In this document: positions 20,792 through 30,098 of the stretch, piece by piece
Layout of the letters: each line of letters opens with the position of its first letter
Numbering within the stretch: the stretch's first letter is position 1
Assembly (NCBI GenBank): GCA_963662275.1
Contig: OY759316.1
Location: 1,856,001 to 1,920,000 of the forward strand
From: Candidatus Cloacimonadales bacterium
Lineage (GTDB): Bacteria; Cloacimonadota; Cloacimonadia; Cloacimonadales; DAONDQ01
Direction: 5' to 3'
DNA length: 64,000 bases
The notes under the pieces: model-generated
What the model was told of the DNA's origin: nothing
What the model saw: the letters and a program-made list of their open reading frames with translations, nothing else
The model's database searches: none
Made by a program: the position numbers and the translations under genes

Positions 20792-22868
20792 GTTTTGCTC
20801 CGTCTATTTGTAATTCATGCTGTTTTACATACGTCACTTCAAAAGCCCGACAAAGTCTATACCTTTGATTTCTGTTAGTAATCGCAAAGGCATCTTTGTA
20901 ATCATACTGCTGAAAGATGTCGAGTCCTCTACCAAGGATTATCTTCCAGCCTGTATCAGTTTGGATGTAGCGGTCATGTATGGATTCATCGTATTCATAC
21001 GTGAAGAGGATACCCATTGCGATACATGACTCCTGGATTTGTTTAAGGAAAGAATCCTGCTGAGAATCGTCAAAGTCACTGGGTTTGGTTAACAGGTGCA
21101 CTTCAACCTCATCAGCATCTGATTTTCCGAGAGCAATAGTCTCCATCAGTTCCATCAGGTTCTTGGACTGATAGAAGGCACTGATGTAGGGGTCTTTGAT
21201 TTCTAACTTAGTTGCTCCCTCCAGATACTTCCCGAAAAGCTTCTTATAAGATATTCCACTTTGGTTCTCTTTGATGACTATATTCCCTGCTTTGAGAATA
21301 AGCGTTTCTGGCGCATCTTTCTGCTTGGGTTGAGTATTTTCACCAGATACGGGTTCAGTCGCCAAAATGGGCGTTAAATCGTCCTCTGTTTCGGGAATTT
21401 GAGCATTATAGTAAAGCGGATATTGAATCTCCTCTGTGGTTTTCACAAAATACAGCTTTTGCTCTTTATCAGAATAGGCAAAACGCACCGGTTCATAAGT
21501 GGTGTCAATTCGCATAAGCTGGTCTTTGACTCGTTTCCTGCCTTCCATAGAAAATTGAAGTAATTCTTCAATTTCTTCCTTTGAAGCTTTTTGATTGGGA
21601 TAGATAACTTTCATCAACCCGGAGAATGTCTTTTGCACACCATCCCGGTCACGAGTCGAGATATCTGAAACGAGATCAAAGTGCTCTTTATACAATTGCG
21701 AATAATCAGAATTACGAAAAGCTCTTAGTATCTCTGCCAGATAATCCACTACAAACCCATAACCATCAGAGAACATCTCTCCTCTGATTATTGGCACTTC
21801 CCAACCGGGCAGATAGCCATGCAACCTATCAAGAAAGGCTGAATCATAGTACTTTTCGGGCAGCTCGTCAAACAGGTCAGAGTTCTTCAGCATGTAAGCT
21901 ACATTATGGCGTGTATTGCCCACAAATGTCATCGAAGCTTCTGCACCCAAGGTTTCGATACCTCTGGAGAAGGTCTTATTTGCCATATAGTTTTTCATGA
22001 TGTCCACTAAGGCTTTATCCACCGTCTTTTTCTTTCCGGCAAATTCATCAAAGGCAACCACATCCCAATAGCCTACCAGTCCGATTCTGCCATTGGAGTT
22101 ATTCACGAATAGCTTAGGAACAGACACTTCTCCACCTGAGATCAAAATCCCATGAGGAGAGAACTCAGAATAGATATGTGATTTTCCGGTACCCTTAGGT
22201 CCAAGCTCTATTAGGTTATAGTTTCTTTCACAATACGGCACCAGACGTGTAAGCTGCATTAGCTTCAATCTGCGGCTCATGGTTTCAGGGTTGAAGCCGA
22301 TACTCTGGATTAGCAGGTCTATCCACTCATCAGAAGTAAATTCTGTCCGCTTTTCCAGGAAGGCATCCATATCAAATTTGGATAGCTGCACTGGCTTTAT
22401 GGAACTCATTATCCAAGGGACGCTGTTCTTATCCTCAGTATAAACGTATTCAAGCTCTGAGATGCACCAGACACCGCTCACTAAGAGCTTCGGGTGCTTC
22501 TTTATAGTGTCAGAATCAACTACGACCTTACTGATACCCAGGCTGGAAAATGAAGCTTCATAACAGTCGTTTTTATCATTCAAAGATACGGAAATTTTAT
22601 CTATGACTTTATGCCTGCCCTTTTCCTTGATGATGGATTTGATAAGACCAGCTTCATTGCGATGCACATAATGCTTGGCAAGGATATCTTTGACTGTGTC
22701 GATGCCTGCCAAGATAGTCGCTTCGTCAGATGATGCACAGTATTGCCCAAGAAGGTATTCCAAAACGTATGTCGGGACAATTGCATTACCCTTTACGGTT
22801 TTGACTAAGTCTTTCCTGACTACCAAGCCCTGAAAGTGTTCATTGATTTTCTCATCCAATTTGGTCAT
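20781..22868 (-). CDS. brxL: BREX BrxL AAA+ protein with C-terminal MIT-C/PLD-like domain
   Basis: Likely start MTKLDE at 22868; VPTYVLEYLLGQYC, Walker A GPKGTGKS, VAFDEFA; C-terminus DPYI...IHDRYIQTDTGWKIILGRGLDIFQ. Confidence 0.85.
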   Translation of the reverse strand: MTKLDEKINEHFQGLVVRKDLVKTVKGNAIVPTYVLEYLLGQYCASSDEATILAGIDTVKDILAKHYVHRNEAGLIKSIIKEKGRHKVIDKISVSLNDKNDCYEASFSSLGISKVVVDSDTIKKHPKLLVSGVWCISELEYVYTEDKNSVPWIMSSIKPVQLSKFDMDAFLEKRTEFTSDEWIDLLIQSIGFNPETMSRRLKLMQLTRLVPYCERNYNLIELGPKGTGKSHIYSEFSPHGILISGGEVSVPKLFVNNSNGRIGLVGYWDVVAFDEFAGKKKTVDKALVDIMKNYMANKTFSRGIETLGAEASMTFVGNTRHNVAYMLKNSDLFDELPEKYYDSAFLDRLHGYLPGWEVPIIRGEMFSDGYGFVVDYLAEILRAFRNSDYSQLYKEHFDLVSDISTRDRDGVQKTFSGLMKVIYPNQKASKEEIEELLQFSMEGRKRVKDQLMRIDTTYEPVRFAYSDKEQKLYFVKTTEEIQYPLYYNAQIPETEDDLTPILATEPVSGENTQPKQKDAPETLILKAGNIVIKENQSGISYKKLFGKYLEGATKLEIKDPYISAFYQSKNLMELMETIALGKSDADEVEVHLLTKPSDFDDSQQDSFLKQIQESCIAMGILFTYEYDESIHDRYIQTDTGWKIILGRGLDIFQQYDYKDAFAITNRNQRYRLCRAFEVTYVKQHELQIDGAKHGV

Positions 22869-22881
22869 GTTTACCCCTTGA

Positions 22882-25377
22882 TTAAAAATCAAAATCCGAT
22901 GTGAAAGAGCGTCTCAAAGTATAGCTCTCGGTTTTGTATATCTGGAATTTGTTTGTTCCCGGTATCGGTTTTTCCAGCCTTAGGATTACATCCTGATTAT
23001 TAGCTTTTTCTGCCTTTCTTGACAGCATCAGCTTACAGGTTATTTCTCGTTCTCTGGGACTATCAGATGTGTAATTAAACGAGATATTCTTTTCTTCTGA
23101 AATCAACTCATCTTGCTGATTGTAAATCCCAATCCGCAGATTAATAGGCTGCAATTTATCGCTAATCGGTTCTTTCTGGTAGAGATTTATGACTAACTGC
23201 CCGGCTGAGATGATCCTTCCACTACTGCTAATGATCTCGACAGTAACAAAATCGACATCACTTACCCGTTTTTTATTGATCTTCAGCACAGGGATAGTGA
23301 TTTCCTGTAATGATGCTCCACCATGCACATACCTACTGCCGGAGCCACTCAACCTCATTCTTTGATTCCCTCTCGGAATGAGAGCTTCTATAGAACCATC
23401 TAAGCCCAATTGCTTTGACTTGAAGTGGATTAAAGAAGGATTAGCTTTCAATTCCTTTCCCAAGATAAAGCGTCTATCTTTATACAAGACTTGTCCTGAG
23501 ATTGTATCCTCACTCAGGAAGTCACTGGTATCCAGTTCACTATGTTGGTAGAGGAAACCATGATCAGCAGTAATTATGATATTGTTGGCATTGCCGGAAG
23601 TAAGCTTACGAACCACATCTATCAGCTCATATAGAGAGGCTTCCACCGCTTCAAAGACCTTTGTTTCAGTAGGCAGTTTATCACCCATAGCATCAATTCT
23701 ATTATGATAGATATAAATTACATCATATTCCCGATAGAGCTTCTTGCTTTCATCCGAAGTCTTTGCCAAAACCTCATCAACAGTCATAATCAGCGTTCTC
23801 TTGGGAAGGTATTTGTCCATTATCTTTGCCCGATTCTCTCTTCCACTGCTATTCATGCCATCTACTATTACGTTCCCGGTCACATCATCAGAAATAGATA
23901 ACAACTGATGCGGTAGCAGAGCAGCCATTCCCAGTTGAGTATAGCTCGGAATCATACCCAGCGTAGCTTCTAATTCAGCTTCATATCTATCTTCCTGACG
24001 GATCAGGCTCATCAATTCAGTGGCTATTTCATAACGCAGAGCATCAGAGATTATCACGAATATCTTTTTGTTTGTCTCCAGATATGGAGTAATCTGCCTT
24101 TTCCAGAAACTGCTTTGAGGATAACTCTCAGTAGATCTCCATTCATTAGCATGATATACCTGCTCTGACCATAATGTGTTTAGCTTGAGCAGATACTCAT
24201 TTACATACTTGTTTTCAATCTGCTCATACAGATCGTTTAGTAAAGTTCGTTGTTTAGCCTGGCTGAAATGATAGATAAACTTACGATAGAAGAAGTCAAT
24301 TTTATACCACTCAGAGGTATAATATCGGATTCCATCCTGCATAGAATTGATTTGATAAAAGCTTGTTTTGATTAATGTCAGGAACTTAGCTGCCGCATCA
24401 AGGCAATCGTATTCATTGGAATAATCATCATACCAATGACTCATCATTCGCTGTCTTATTATAACCTCAGTTTCTCCTGTGGTAATAGTACCTTCATTAA
24501 TGAATTTGGTCAGCTCTGAGAGGATTTTACGTTCGATTAGTTCAAAGTAGTCAATGTCCAGCAGTTCTTTCAGTCCTCTTTTGTTTAGGTCGTTTTCTAT
24601 TCCTAACCATTCAGAGCAGTTTTCAGATAGAACTCTGAAAGCTCTTTTATGATGGATATTATCTTTCCATCGCTTTAGCAGGTAGATGGCTTCTATATTC
24701 AGCTTGGCTTTTTCATCAAATCCGGACTGGTAACATGCCTTGAAAAGCTCATAGGTAAAGTCTTTCACACTCGATTCACCGGACTCATAAGCAAGTAGCT
24801 TTTTTATCTGTTCCCATAAGAAAGTGCCGAGTTTGGCTTTTTGTATGAGGTTGTACTTCTCGCTTTTACTCAAAGCACATTCAGATAGCAGATTCATGAT
24901 TACTTCATCCCATCTGGCATCAGAACCGGCACACACAGCCAGCATTTTCCACATAATCTTGTTTTCTGTATCATCTGCAGAGAGCATCTTCTTGAGAGCT
25001 TCTATTCGTTTTGCTGAGGTAAAGAACTCCGTATGTTGTCTGGGAATATCAATAAACTCACGTCCCAATCCAAGTTCTGAAAGCCATAATGAAGGTTGGT
25101 CTATCTTTAGCTCTGCATTTGACAGCAGGATATCAGCCAACCAGTTTTCTTCAATAGAAGGTTTTATTCCTGCATTATACAATAGAAACTTGGCTTCTGG
25201 TTCGGATATCAGGACTCTGTACTTGATTCCATACTCGTTATTATCGATTACGATTCTTTGGATATCAGGTAAGTCAAAAGTATCAAAGTCAAAACGAAAT
25301 TCTTGATTCTCATCATACCAGAAGATGATGCGATGCTTGTCAAAGTGGCTTTTGATGATATTGGTTATTCTATCCAC
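22882..25377 (-). CDS. pglZ: BREX-1 phosphatase PglZ
   Basis: RIIFWYD N-terminus, IISDALRYE, PSYTQLGMAALLPH, TADHGF, YVHGGASLQE. Confidence 0.92.
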   Translation of the reverse strand: MDRITNIIKSHFDKHRIIFWYDENQEFRFDFDTFDLPDIQRIVIDNNEYGIKYRVLISEPEAKFLLYNAGIKPSIEENWLADILLSNAELKIDQPSLWLSELGLGREFIDIPRQHTEFFTSAKRIEALKKMLSADDTENKIMWKMLAVCAGSDARWDEVIMNLLSECALSKSEKYNLIQKAKLGTFLWEQIKKLLAYESGESSVKDFTYELFKACYQSGFDEKAKLNIEAIYLLKRWKDNIHHKRAFRVLSENCSEWLGIENDLNKRGLKELLDIDYFELIERKILSELTKFINEGTITTGETEVIIRQRMMSHWYDDYSNEYDCLDAAAKFLTLIKTSFYQINSMQDGIRYYTSEWYKIDFFYRKFIYHFSQAKQRTLLNDLYEQIENKYVNEYLLKLNTLWSEQVYHANEWRSTESYPQSSFWKRQITPYLETNKKIFVIISDALRYEIATELMSLIRQEDRYEAELEATLGMIPSYTQLGMAALLPHQLLSISDDVTGNVIVDGMNSSGRENRAKIMDKYLPKRTLIMTVDEVLAKTSDESKKLYREYDVIYIYHNRIDAMGDKLPTETKVFEAVEASLYELIDVVRKLTSGNANNIIITADHGFLYQHSELDTSDFLSEDTISGQVLYKDRRFILGKELKANPSLIHFKSKQLGLDGSIEALIPRGNQRMRLSGSGSRYVHGGASLQEITIPVLKINKKRVSDVDFVTVEIISSSGRIISAGQLVINLYQKEPISDKLQPINLRIGIYNQQDELISEEKNISFNYTSDSPREREITCKLMLSRKAEKANNQDVILRLEKPIPGTNKFQIYKTESYTLRRSFTSDFDF

Positions 25378-25385
25378 TTTAGTTC

Positions 25386-28300
25386 CTACTCCTCGCTCTT
25401 ATCCAGCCCAGGAATCTTCTTCAAGGCAGTACCGAATTTAGCATAGTTCACTTTCACTCCATCGTCCAGATCTATTTCTATCTTGGCAGCAGCCAGGTTG
25501 AAGATAACATTTCTTTCCCAGTTTTCGAGTTCAAGGATAGTAGCGGTGATCTTTTCCAGTTCTTTGCCTGCGATGATTTTATCTCTCTGGCAAGTGGAAG
25601 AGCTGATAATCTGATGTTCAAGATCAGCTTTCTTGGCATTGAGCTTAACCACAAATTCCCTTAAGTAATCGTTCAGGATAATTGAAGCCGTGTCAGGTGT
25701 GTAGCGGTGCATATAGATCAGGGCATTAAAACTGTCTTTGGGGCTGCTGAACAGCCAATAAATAGGTCTCTTCTTATAGCGTTTGATGTGGTCATTATAG
25801 AAATCCTTTAGGAAGTAGGAGCGCAGATCTTTGCCAATAGCTTCTTCAATGAACTGCAGATTCTGGCTGAAATTACTGTATCCAAAAGTAACCTTCAGGA
25901 ATTCCTTAAATCTCTCTACGATATCATCGGTAAACCACTCACCATCCAGAATGGGAATTACGTTGTCCTTATCCGGTATGAAGCTTGGATTAGGGACTTG
26001 CTTCAGATAATCATCTATAGTCTCTCCCTGATTAGCAAGGATCAACCCCGGCTTGTCTATTGAATATCTGCCAAGCATACATCCTAGAGCATAGGAAATA
26101 TACTCCTTCATAGTGTCGGATAGTAAGTCTGCTTCTAACTTTTCGTTTAAGGGAAATTCCTCTTTGAATTCTTGATTTGCTTCTTTAGAATAGCGATAGT
26201 AAGGATTGCAAGTAAGAGTGATTTCTTTGAGTGGAACGTCGGGAGAAAATTCGTTCTGTAGACCATATGCTTCTATGAAGATGCCGTTATTCTCTTCTTC
26301 TAAGCAATGCATTTCGATAGTATTATCTATCCATTGCTTTCTAAGATCAAAGTAAACTTCTTTTACAGACATTTGATCTAAATTCAACATCATTAAAAGA
26401 GGTGATCTTGTAAAGTTCCAGGAGGTTTCAAATGAATCCCAGTCTTGCTTAGAGACATTTAATAATAAATTGCTTAAATGGTCTATATTCCTTTTATTGA
26501 CTATGATTTTACTCTCTAACCATGGCAACGAGCCAACATTACCTACCTGAAAATTAAGAGTGGGATTAAGTATTTTCAAGAAGTTGAAGACTAATTTAGA
26601 GCACAAATAGGCAGACAATACCAATTGATAATCAGCTTTTTTTAAAAATGCTGAGCACCCCCCCATATCAAACAAAAACCCCGGATCAGATACTCTGACT
26701 CCAAAATAAGAAGAGCTCACGAACGACCATGTAATCGATTCTTTGTAATAGAAATTTTGAGACCTAGCAAAAGCCCTGCCGTTCGTAATTACATCATATC
26801 CATCATTTCCCCAATTGATAACGTACTCATTGTTGCCAAACCATTTTCGAAAAGAGCCTCCTTTGTTGTAAGGAAACCACTTATTTTTGCTTAAGATAGC
26901 GTCATTTTTACATGTATAACCGAATCCTGTTTTGGCATGACTCACCTCAAACCATAGTCTCAAAAATTGATCATTATCTCCCGTAGTCATACCACATACA
27001 ACGTTAGCAATATCAGATACTTTATCGGAATTTGCATAAATACTTCTAACTCTTTCGCTGACCCAATATGCTATAGGTGTTCCAGGAATATTAATAAAGT
27101 CAGAAGAAGAAGCCACAGCTAATCGACTGTTTTTGACTGGAAATTCTTTCGGAGTATTATTTTCATCTAAATCTTGGCAACTTAAATAGGAATAAGACCC
27201 TTTGAAGTTTGGATTTAAGAACTTTTGCCAAACTGTTGCAGATGTTCCAAAAGCTATACCCATAACCATATTATCCATGTGAACCATGCATTCAATAGTG
27301 TAATTATCTAAGAGATGACTTCTAAGTTTTTCGTATGAAGAAAGAAACATCCAACTTTGCATTGTTACTAATGCACAAAAGCCTCTATCTAAAACAAGTT
27401 CCAAACAGCGTTGAATAAACATTGCAAACAAATCTGATTTAGCTAACGGATAATTAGTTTTGGCAAAATCACTCAAGGTGTTATTCATCCCCTTACTTCC
27501 CATGTAAGGAGGATTTGTGACTACGATATGGTATTTGGAATTGAGATAATCTGCTTGTCTCAGGATTTTTACCACTGCTTTATGGGTTCCATAATACTCA
27601 GTATCATTGACTATCTCATTGTTATCTATTAACATGTTATAAGTTTCAACAACGTTGGTATCAGCAGGTACAATCAAAGAACCATATGTATTCGTTTCAG
27701 TAAATTGTTTCAGAGTGGTTTCCAGCTTTGCTGAAAAGACATCGTAACCAATCTTACGCATGTATTTATCAAGTTCATCTTCTGCTATGCTAACACTCGC
27801 CAAGACGCAAATGTTAGGTTCAATCTTCCGATTAAACCACAGCTTATCTTTGGCACGTGCTTTCATTGTCAATGCAAAGGCAGCCAATTCGCCAGCACGT
27901 TCATCGATTTCTATTCCAAAGAGATTGTTCTTAATGATCAATTGAGGAATCTCTACCAGATTAAAGCCATCTTCTTCATACATCGCATAGAGCAAGTCAA
28001 AAGCATAAGTAAGAACATGACCGCTCCCACTACAAGGGTCACAGAAACGAATCTCTTGTGGAGTATTTATTTTATGATAAGCAGTTTCAGATTGCTCTGC
28101 CTTTATGTAGTAACGCATGTTTTCCGATAAACTTGAATTCGCATGATTCAGTATCCACAATCTACCCAATGAATTCTCAACCATGAATCGTACAATCCAA
28201 TGGGGAGTAAATATCTGAGTGGCAGAAGGGATATCTTCGCTTTTTATCTTAATATTCTTACTTAAATCTTTAAAGACCTCGTCTTTCTTTTCTGAAATAT

Positions 28301-28913
28301 AGTATTGATACAGCCAGCCAATGACTTCGACATCTTTGCAATTGTCTTGAGTCATAGCTTCGCAGATAATAGTCAGAATGGAATTACTACTCAGCAGGTC
28401 ATCCGGCATCAATAGCTCTGTCCAGTCCGCTATCCTTTCAAAGAGGAAAGGCATTATTAGGGCATAGTAGTTACAGGAAGCCATGATCAGGATACGGTAA
28501 GCTTCACTTTGAGGGTCTTCATGTTTTGCTGTTCCAGAAAGTAAATCATACACTTTTTGTTGGTTATCTTTGGTAACCATATCTTCATCGATATGACCCA
28601 TTTTAGCTTCTGCCAGTATCTCGGGCTGAGATTGACCCGGCAGAGGAGATAAAATACCTATCCGGGTATAACGGTTTACATCCATAAAACGCAAGGCACA
28701 GAAGCGGTTGAACCATGTATAGGCGACCTTGTCGATTAAGAGGTCTTTACTCTTAAGCCTTTTAAGCTCTTCTTCTAATGCCAGAACTTGTTTGGAATTG
28801 CGCCTTCTTTCATCACTCCCATCTGCCAATACTTTATCCAGCTTGATTCTAACCTGCTCCAGCAGATAACGACGTGCATACTTAGCAAAGCGTTCGAGTT
28901 TTGATGTATCCAT
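25386..28913 (-). CDS. pglX: BREX-1 adenine methyltransferase PglX
   Basis: AYTWFNRFCALRFM, ATQIFTPHWIV, SAM-binding DPCSGSGH, catalytic NPPY, C-terminal KRPIYW and IDLDDGVKVNY. Confidence 0.93.
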   Translation of the reverse strand: MDTSKLERFAKYARRYLLEQVRIKLDKVLADGSDERRRNSKQVLALEEELKRLKSKDLLIDKVAYTWFNRFCALRFMDVNRYTRIGILSPLPGQSQPEILAEAKMGHIDEDMVTKDNQQKVYDLLSGTAKHEDPQSEAYRILIMASCNYYALIMPFLFERIADWTELLMPDDLLSSNSILTIICEAMTQDNCKDVEVIGWLYQYYISEKKDEVFKDLSKNIKIKSEDIPSATQIFTPHWIVRFMVENSLGRLWILNHANSSLSENMRYYIKAEQSETAYHKINTPQEIRFCDPCSGSGHVLTYAFDLLYAMYEEDGFNLVEIPQLIIKNNLFGIEIDERAGELAAFALTMKARAKDKLWFNRKIEPNICVLASVSIAEDELDKYMRKIGYDVFSAKLETTLKQFTETNTYGSLIVPADTNVVETYNMLIDNNEIVNDTEYYGTHKAVVKILRQADYLNSKYHIVVTNPPYMGSKGMNNTLSDFAKTNYPLAKSDLFAMFIQRCLELVLDRGFCALVTMQSWMFLSSYEKLRSHLLDNYTIECMVHMDNMVMGIAFGTSATVWQKFLNPNFKGSYSYLSCQDLDENNTPKEFPVKNSRLAVASSSDFINIPGTPIAYWVSERVRSIYANSDKVSDIANVVCGMTTGDNDQFLRLWFEVSHAKTGFGYTCKNDAILSKNKWFPYNKGGSFRKWFGNNEYVINWGNDGYDVITNGRAFARSQNFYYKESITWSFVSSSYFGVRVSDPGFLFDMGGCSAFLKKADYQLVLSAYLCSKLVFNFLKILNPTLNFQVGNVGSLPWLESKIIVNKRNIDHLSNLLLNVSKQDWDSFETSWNFTRSPLLMMLNLDQMSVKEVYFDLRKQWIDNTIEMHCLEEENNGIFIEAYGLQNEFSPDVPLKEITLTCNPYYRYSKEANQEFKEEFPLNEKLEADLLSDTMKEYISYALGCMLGRYSIDKPGLILANQGETIDDYLKQVPNPSFIPDKDNVIPILDGEWFTDDIVERFKEFLKVTFGYSNFSQNLQFIEEAIGKDLRSYFLKDFYNDHIKRYKKRPIYWLFSSPKDSFNALIYMHRYTPDTASIILNDYLREFVVKLNAKKADLEHQIISSSTCQRDKIIAGKELEKITATILELENWERNVIFNLAAAKIEIDLDDGVKVNYAKFGTALKKIPGLDKSEE

Positions 28914-28926
28914 ATTTTCTGCCCCT

Positions 28927-30090
28927 TTAATCCTGACCTAAGGCTTCATGCATTTGATCTTTAATGAATTTCTGAATCTCTTCAGGCTTGGGAAGTTCAA
29001 GCAGGTATTGCGAAACAAAGAGTTGGTTATCCATGCCTGCTAAGGCATATTCGACTAAGATGTCATCTTTTTCGGTGCAGAGCAGTATCCCGATGGGGGC
29101 ATTATCTCCATCAATAATTATATTCTTGCGATACCAACTTACGTATGTATTCAGTTGTCCAATATGCTCGTGATTAAATTCGGACAGCTTGAGTTCAACT
29201 AAGATATGGCATTTCAGGATACGGTGATAAAAGACCAAATCAATAAAATATTGGGTATTACCGATTAAAATTCGCTTTTGTCTGGATTCGAAACAAAAAC
29301 CATGTCCCAGTTCAAGTAGAAAGTCCTGTAGTTTATCCAGCAGTTGGTCTTCAAGATGAGATTCGCTCATAACTTCCCGAGGCTTCAGACCAAGGAACTC
29401 AAATACATAAGGGTCTTTCACTGTAAGGGCAGGGTTGTATAGGTCAGCATTTTGCTTACTTTGTTTTGCTAATTCACTTTTATCTATCGAGAGTCCTGTA
29501 CGCTCATAGTATAGAGAAGCAATCTGACGGCGAAGCTGCCTCACAGACCAGTTTCCCCTGATGCATTCAAACTCATAAAAAGATCGTTTTAGAGTGTCCT
29601 CAATATTCAAAAATTCACTGATATGCGAAAAAGACAACTTAGTAACCAATTGCCTTACATCAATCTGTAATTGTGGAGACACTGTCTCCACAATCAGACT
29701 TGCGTGCTTTTCGATCAGTGACAATTGATTATTTACATACCCGGTTGTATCAGAGATGTTGATTTGGGCGAGCAATTGTGGAGACAGCGTCTCCACAATT
29801 TGAGGATAAGTCTTAAAAAATTGGTAATAACGGTAAAGCTCACGTTTATCCGTGCGGAGTACCATCTGAGATTTTAGTTCAACGGCAAGACGCTCTATTA
29901 GTTTCTCGCCATATTCTGCCCGGTCTGTGCCTTTAATCTCAAATTCAGCTATATAATACCCTATTAACCAATTCCTGAGTGTAAGTGCTACATTTACAGA
30001 TTGAGTAGCCTGATGTTTTAGATCATTATGAATCGTCTGTATCGCAGTAACAAGAGCTGTAAAAGTCAGTTCAGAAGTATTTGTTTGCAT
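28927..30090 (-). CDS. YhcG/DUF1016 PD-(D/E)XK nuclease-domain protein
   Basis: RNWLIGYYI, WSVRQLRRQI, KDPYVFEFLGL, FLLELGHGF, IDLVFYHRILKCHILVELK, PIGILLC. Confidence 0.9.
   Translation of the reverse strand: MQTNTSELTFTALVTAIQTIHNDLKHQATQSVNVALTLRNWLIGYYIAEFEIKGTDRAEYGEKLIERLAVELKSQMVLRTDKRELYRYYQFFKTYPQIVETLSPQLLAQINISDTTGYVNNQLSLIEKHASLIVETVSPQLQIDVRQLVTKLSFSHISEFLNIEDTLKRSFYEFECIRGNWSVRQLRRQIASLYYERTGLSIDKSELAKQSKQNADLYNPALTVKDPYVFEFLGLKPREVMSESHLEDQLLDKLQDFLLELGHGFCFESRQKRILIGNTQYFIDLVFYHRILKCHILVELKLSEFNHEHIGQLNTYVSWYRKNIIIDGDNAPIGILLCTEKDDILVEYALAGMDNQLFVSQYLLELPKPEEIQKFIKDQMHEALGQD
29670..29800. repeat. Two near-identical DNA palindromes inside the yhcG-like gene
   Basis: ATTGTGGAGACA-C-TGTCTCCACAAT (29670-29694) and AATTGTGGAGAC-AGC-GTCTCCACAATT (29774-29800). 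Confidence 0.9.
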
Positions 30091-30098
30091 ACCTTACC

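Noticed and set aside
29675..29682. GAGACAC in the yhcG palindrome resembles the transposon end motif
   Set aside because: Only a 7-bp match without the flanking AATTTCAAATA context; likely coincidence.
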